This document shows positions 61,828 through 64,000 of a stretch of 64,000 nucleotides of DNA, piece after piece. Positions within the stretch are counted from its first letter, which is position 1. Every line of letters begins with the position of its first letter. Source of the DNA: an uncultured Gemmatimonadales bacterium (GTDB lineage Bacteria > Gemmatimonadota > Gemmatimonadetes > Longimicrobiales > Longimicrobiaceae). The notes below the pieces were generated by a model. The model did no database searches. It was given only the letters and a program-made list of their open reading frames with translations, and was not told the origin of the DNA. Position numbers and translations under genes: made by a program. Where the stretch lies: assembly GCA_963716255.1 (NCBI GenBank), contig OY970303.1, positions 7,648,001 to 7,712,000 of the forward strand. Reading direction: 5' to 3'.

Positions 61828-63429
61828 ATGAGAAGATCGCTCGTGGCGGCGGCCGCGGCCCTGCTGGCCGCACCCGCCGCCGGGGTGTCGCAGACGCCCG
61901 TTCCGCCGCCGCCCGCGGCGGCCGCCCCGGCCGACAGCGCCGCCCTTTCGCTGGACGAGGCGGTGCGCCGGGCCATGGGGCAGAGCCAGGAGGTGCGATT
62001 GGCGCGCAGCGAGGTGCAGCTGGCGGACGCGCAGGTCGCCGCCACCCGCGCGCAGGCGCTGCCGCAGCTGGGCGCCAACCTGGGGTACACGCGGACCTTC
62101 GCTTCGGCGTTCAGCGGCGGGGGGACGATCACCATTCCCGATTCGCTGCGCTTCGAGCCGGACCCCACGCTGCCGCTGGAGCAGCGGGTCGCCTACCTGG
62201 AGGACCGCACCCCGACGGCGGGGCTGGGCGGGCTGGGGGCGCTCTTCGGCGACCTCCCCTTCGGGCAGGAGAACGCGTACACGGCCACCTTCAGCGGCTC
62301 GCAGCTGCTGTACTCGGGCGGGCGCACGGGGGCGGCGCTGAACATCGCCCGCAGCTACCGCGACGCGGCCCGGCTGGGGCTGGTGGAGGAGACGGCGGAG
62401 ATCGAGCTTCAGGTGCGCTCGGCGTACTACCGCGCGCTGCTGGCGCGGGAGCTGGAGGGGATCGCAGGGGCGGCGCTGGAGCAGGCGGAGGCCTTCCTGC
62501 GGCAGGAGCAGCTGCGGCAGCGCGCGGGGCGCGCTTCGGAGCTGGACGTGCTGCGCGCCGAGGTGGCGCGCGACAACCTGCGCCCGCAGGCGGTGCAGGC
62601 GCGCAACGCGGCCGAGCTGGCGACGCTGGACCTGAAGCGGCTGGTGGACCTGCCTCTGGGCGAGCCGGTGCGGCTCACCACGCCGCTGGCGCCGCCCTCG
62701 GCGGAGGTGTTGGCGCGGGTGGACCTCGCCCCGCCGGTGACCGTGGCGCAGCGCGCGGCGCTCGCCGCGGCGGAGCGGCAGGTGTCCATCCGCGCGCAGC
62801 AGGTCCGCATCGCCCGGGGGGCGTTCCTCCCCAGCGTCTCGGTGAACATGAACTACGGCAGGCAGCTCTTCCCCTCCAGCACCTTCGCGCTGAACGAGGA
62901 CTGGCGCACGGACTGGACGGCGGGGCTCACCGTCAACGTCCCCATCTTCAACGGCGGCCAGCGCACGGCCGAGCTGCAGACGGCGCGCGTGGAGCGCGAG
63001 CGGGCCGAGCTGCAGCTGTCGCAGCTGCGCGAGGCGGTGCAGCTGCAGGCGGAGCAGGCCCGCGGCGAGCGCGAGCGCGCCCGCACGGCCATCGCGGCGC
63101 GGGAGCGCACGGTGGCGGCGGCGCAGCGGGTGTACGACCTCACCACGCTGCGCTACAACCAGGGGCTGGCGACGCAGCTGGAGGTGTCGCAGTCGCGCCT
63201 GGAGCTGCTCCAGGCGCGCAGCAACCTGGCCCAGGCCATCGCCGACTTCTTCGTGGCGGACGCCGGGCTGGTCCGCGCCACCGGCATCGGCGGCACCGTG
63301 GACGTCGCGGCGCCCGCGGCGGATGCCGTGACGCCCGCGGTGCCGCGGCCCGCGGTCCCGCAGCCGGGGACGCCCCCGGCGAGCCCCACCCCCACCCCGG
63401 TGCCCGGCGCTCAGCCGGCGCAGCGCTGA
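61828..63429 (+). CDS. TolC family outer-membrane efflux protein
   Basis: Signal peptide; LSLDEAVRRA, ALPQL, SELDVLRAE, VPIFNGG, YNQGLATQLEV; GGAGG RBS. Confidence 0.9.
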   Translation: MRRSLVAAAAALLAAPAAGVSQTPVPPPPAAAAPADSAALSLDEAVRRAMGQSQEVRLARSEVQLADAQVAATRAQALPQLGANLGYTRTFASAFSGGGTITIPDSLRFEPDPTLPLEQRVAYLEDRTPTAGLGGLGALFGDLPFGQENAYTATFSGSQLLYSGGRTGAALNIARSYRDAARLGLVEETAEIELQVRSAYYRALLARELEGIAGAALEQAEAFLRQEQLRQRAGRASELDVLRAEVARDNLRPQAVQARNAAELATLDLKRLVDLPLGEPVRLTTPLAPPSAEVLARVDLAPPVTVAQRAALAAAERQVSIRAQQVRIARGAFLPSVSVNMNYGRQLFPSSTFALNEDWRTDWTAGLTVNVPIFNGGQRTAELQTARVERERAELQLSQLREAVQLQAEQARGERERARTAIAARERTVAAAQRVYDLTTLRYNQGLATQLEVSQSRLELLQARSNLAQAIADFFVADAGLVRATGIGGTVDVAAPAADAVTPAVPRPAVPQPGTPPASPTPTPVPGAQPAQR

Positions 63430-63454
63430 ACGACACCGACGGAGAGATCGATCG

Positions 63455-64000
63455 ATGATGACGCGATACAAGAGCGCAGCCCGCTCCGCAGGGCTGGCCG
63501 CGGCGGCCTCCCTGGTCCTGGCCGCGGCGGCGTGCGGGGGCGGGGAGGAGTCGGCGGCGGAGGCCAGGGAAACGCCGGCGGCCGTGCTCGGCGCGCAGGA
63601 CGTGGCCACCGCCGAGGTGTCCACGCTGAGCGGCGGGGTGGTCCTCACCGGCTCGCTGGAGCCGTACCGGGTGGTGGAGGTCAAGTCGCAGGTGCCGGGA
63701 GTGGTCACCGGGATCGCCGTGGACCGCGGCGACGCGGTGCGGCAGGGGCAGCTCCTGGCGCGCATCGAGGCGGAGGGAATCCGCAGCCAGGCGGCCGGCG
63801 CCGCCTCCGGCGTGGCCGGGGCGCAGGCGCAGCTCGCCTACGCGCGGCGGCAGATGGAGTCGGCGCGCACGCTGTACGAGCAGGGCGCCATGTCCGAGAT
63901 CGACTTCCGCGGGGCGCAGGCGCAGTTCGAGGCGGCGCAGGCGCAGGTCGCCGCGGCGCGGGCGCAGGCCACCGGCGCGGCCGAGCAGGCCAGCCGCACC
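63455..64000 (+). CDS. Efflux RND transporter periplasmic adaptor (lipoprotein), 3'-truncated
   Basis: Read directly from the sequence (not in the ORF track): MMTRYKSAARSAG..LAAAAC lipobox-like, LTGSLEPYRVVEVKSQVPGVVTGIAVDRGDAVRQGQLLARI. Confidence 0.85.
   Translation, partial: MMTRYKSAARSAGLAAAASLVLAAAACGGGEESAAEARETPAAVLGAQDVATAEVSTLSGGVVLTGSLEPYRVVEVKSQVPGVVTGIAVDRGDAVRQGQLLARIEAEGIRSQAAGAASGVAGAQAQLAYARRQMESARTLYEQGAMSEIDFRGAQAQFEAAQAQVAAARAQATGAAEQASRT

Noticed and set aside
61628..61831. 67-aa ORF bridging regulator 2 and TolC
   Set aside because: It overlaps both neighbours neatly and could be real, but there is no recognisable motif or independent support.

Overview
This is a very GC-rich bacterial window (organism not determinable; a Gemmatimonadota/Longimicrobium-like origin is only an impression). 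About 43 kb of it encodes a large NRPS and PKS-NRPS assembly line split over five megasynthase genes. NRPS-1 (2-4927, 5'-truncated) is T-E-C-A(Ser)-T. NRPS-2 (4924-12939) is C-A-T-E-C-A(Lys-like)-T. NRPS-3 (18666-30425) is C-A(Pro-like)-T-C-A-T-C-A(Gly)-T, and its last A domain is interrupted by both a luciferase-like monooxygenase and an FkbM-type methyltransferase. A hybrid gene (31526-38449) is KS-AT-KR remnant-ACP-C-A-T. NRPS-4 (42868-54534, minus strand) is C-A(N-MT)-T-C-A-T-C-A-T-TE, with a near-identical 3153-bp module duplication. Accessory genes include a TauD/SyrP-like dioxygenase, a stand-alone FkbM methyltransferase, a PLP aminotransferase, an APC permease and an asparaginase. The right end holds ordinary genes: a GH-like protein, an M61 peptidase, a methyltransferase, a DUF3626-like protein, two GbsR/MarR regulators, TolC and an RND adaptor. 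Two dispersed palindromic repeat families are present. Family A (six ~135-bp copies) shows compensatory stem changes around an invariant loop. Family B has one copy inserted in frame inside the Gly A domain of NRPS-3. All domain and substrate calls were made by eye from motifs, not by HMM search.
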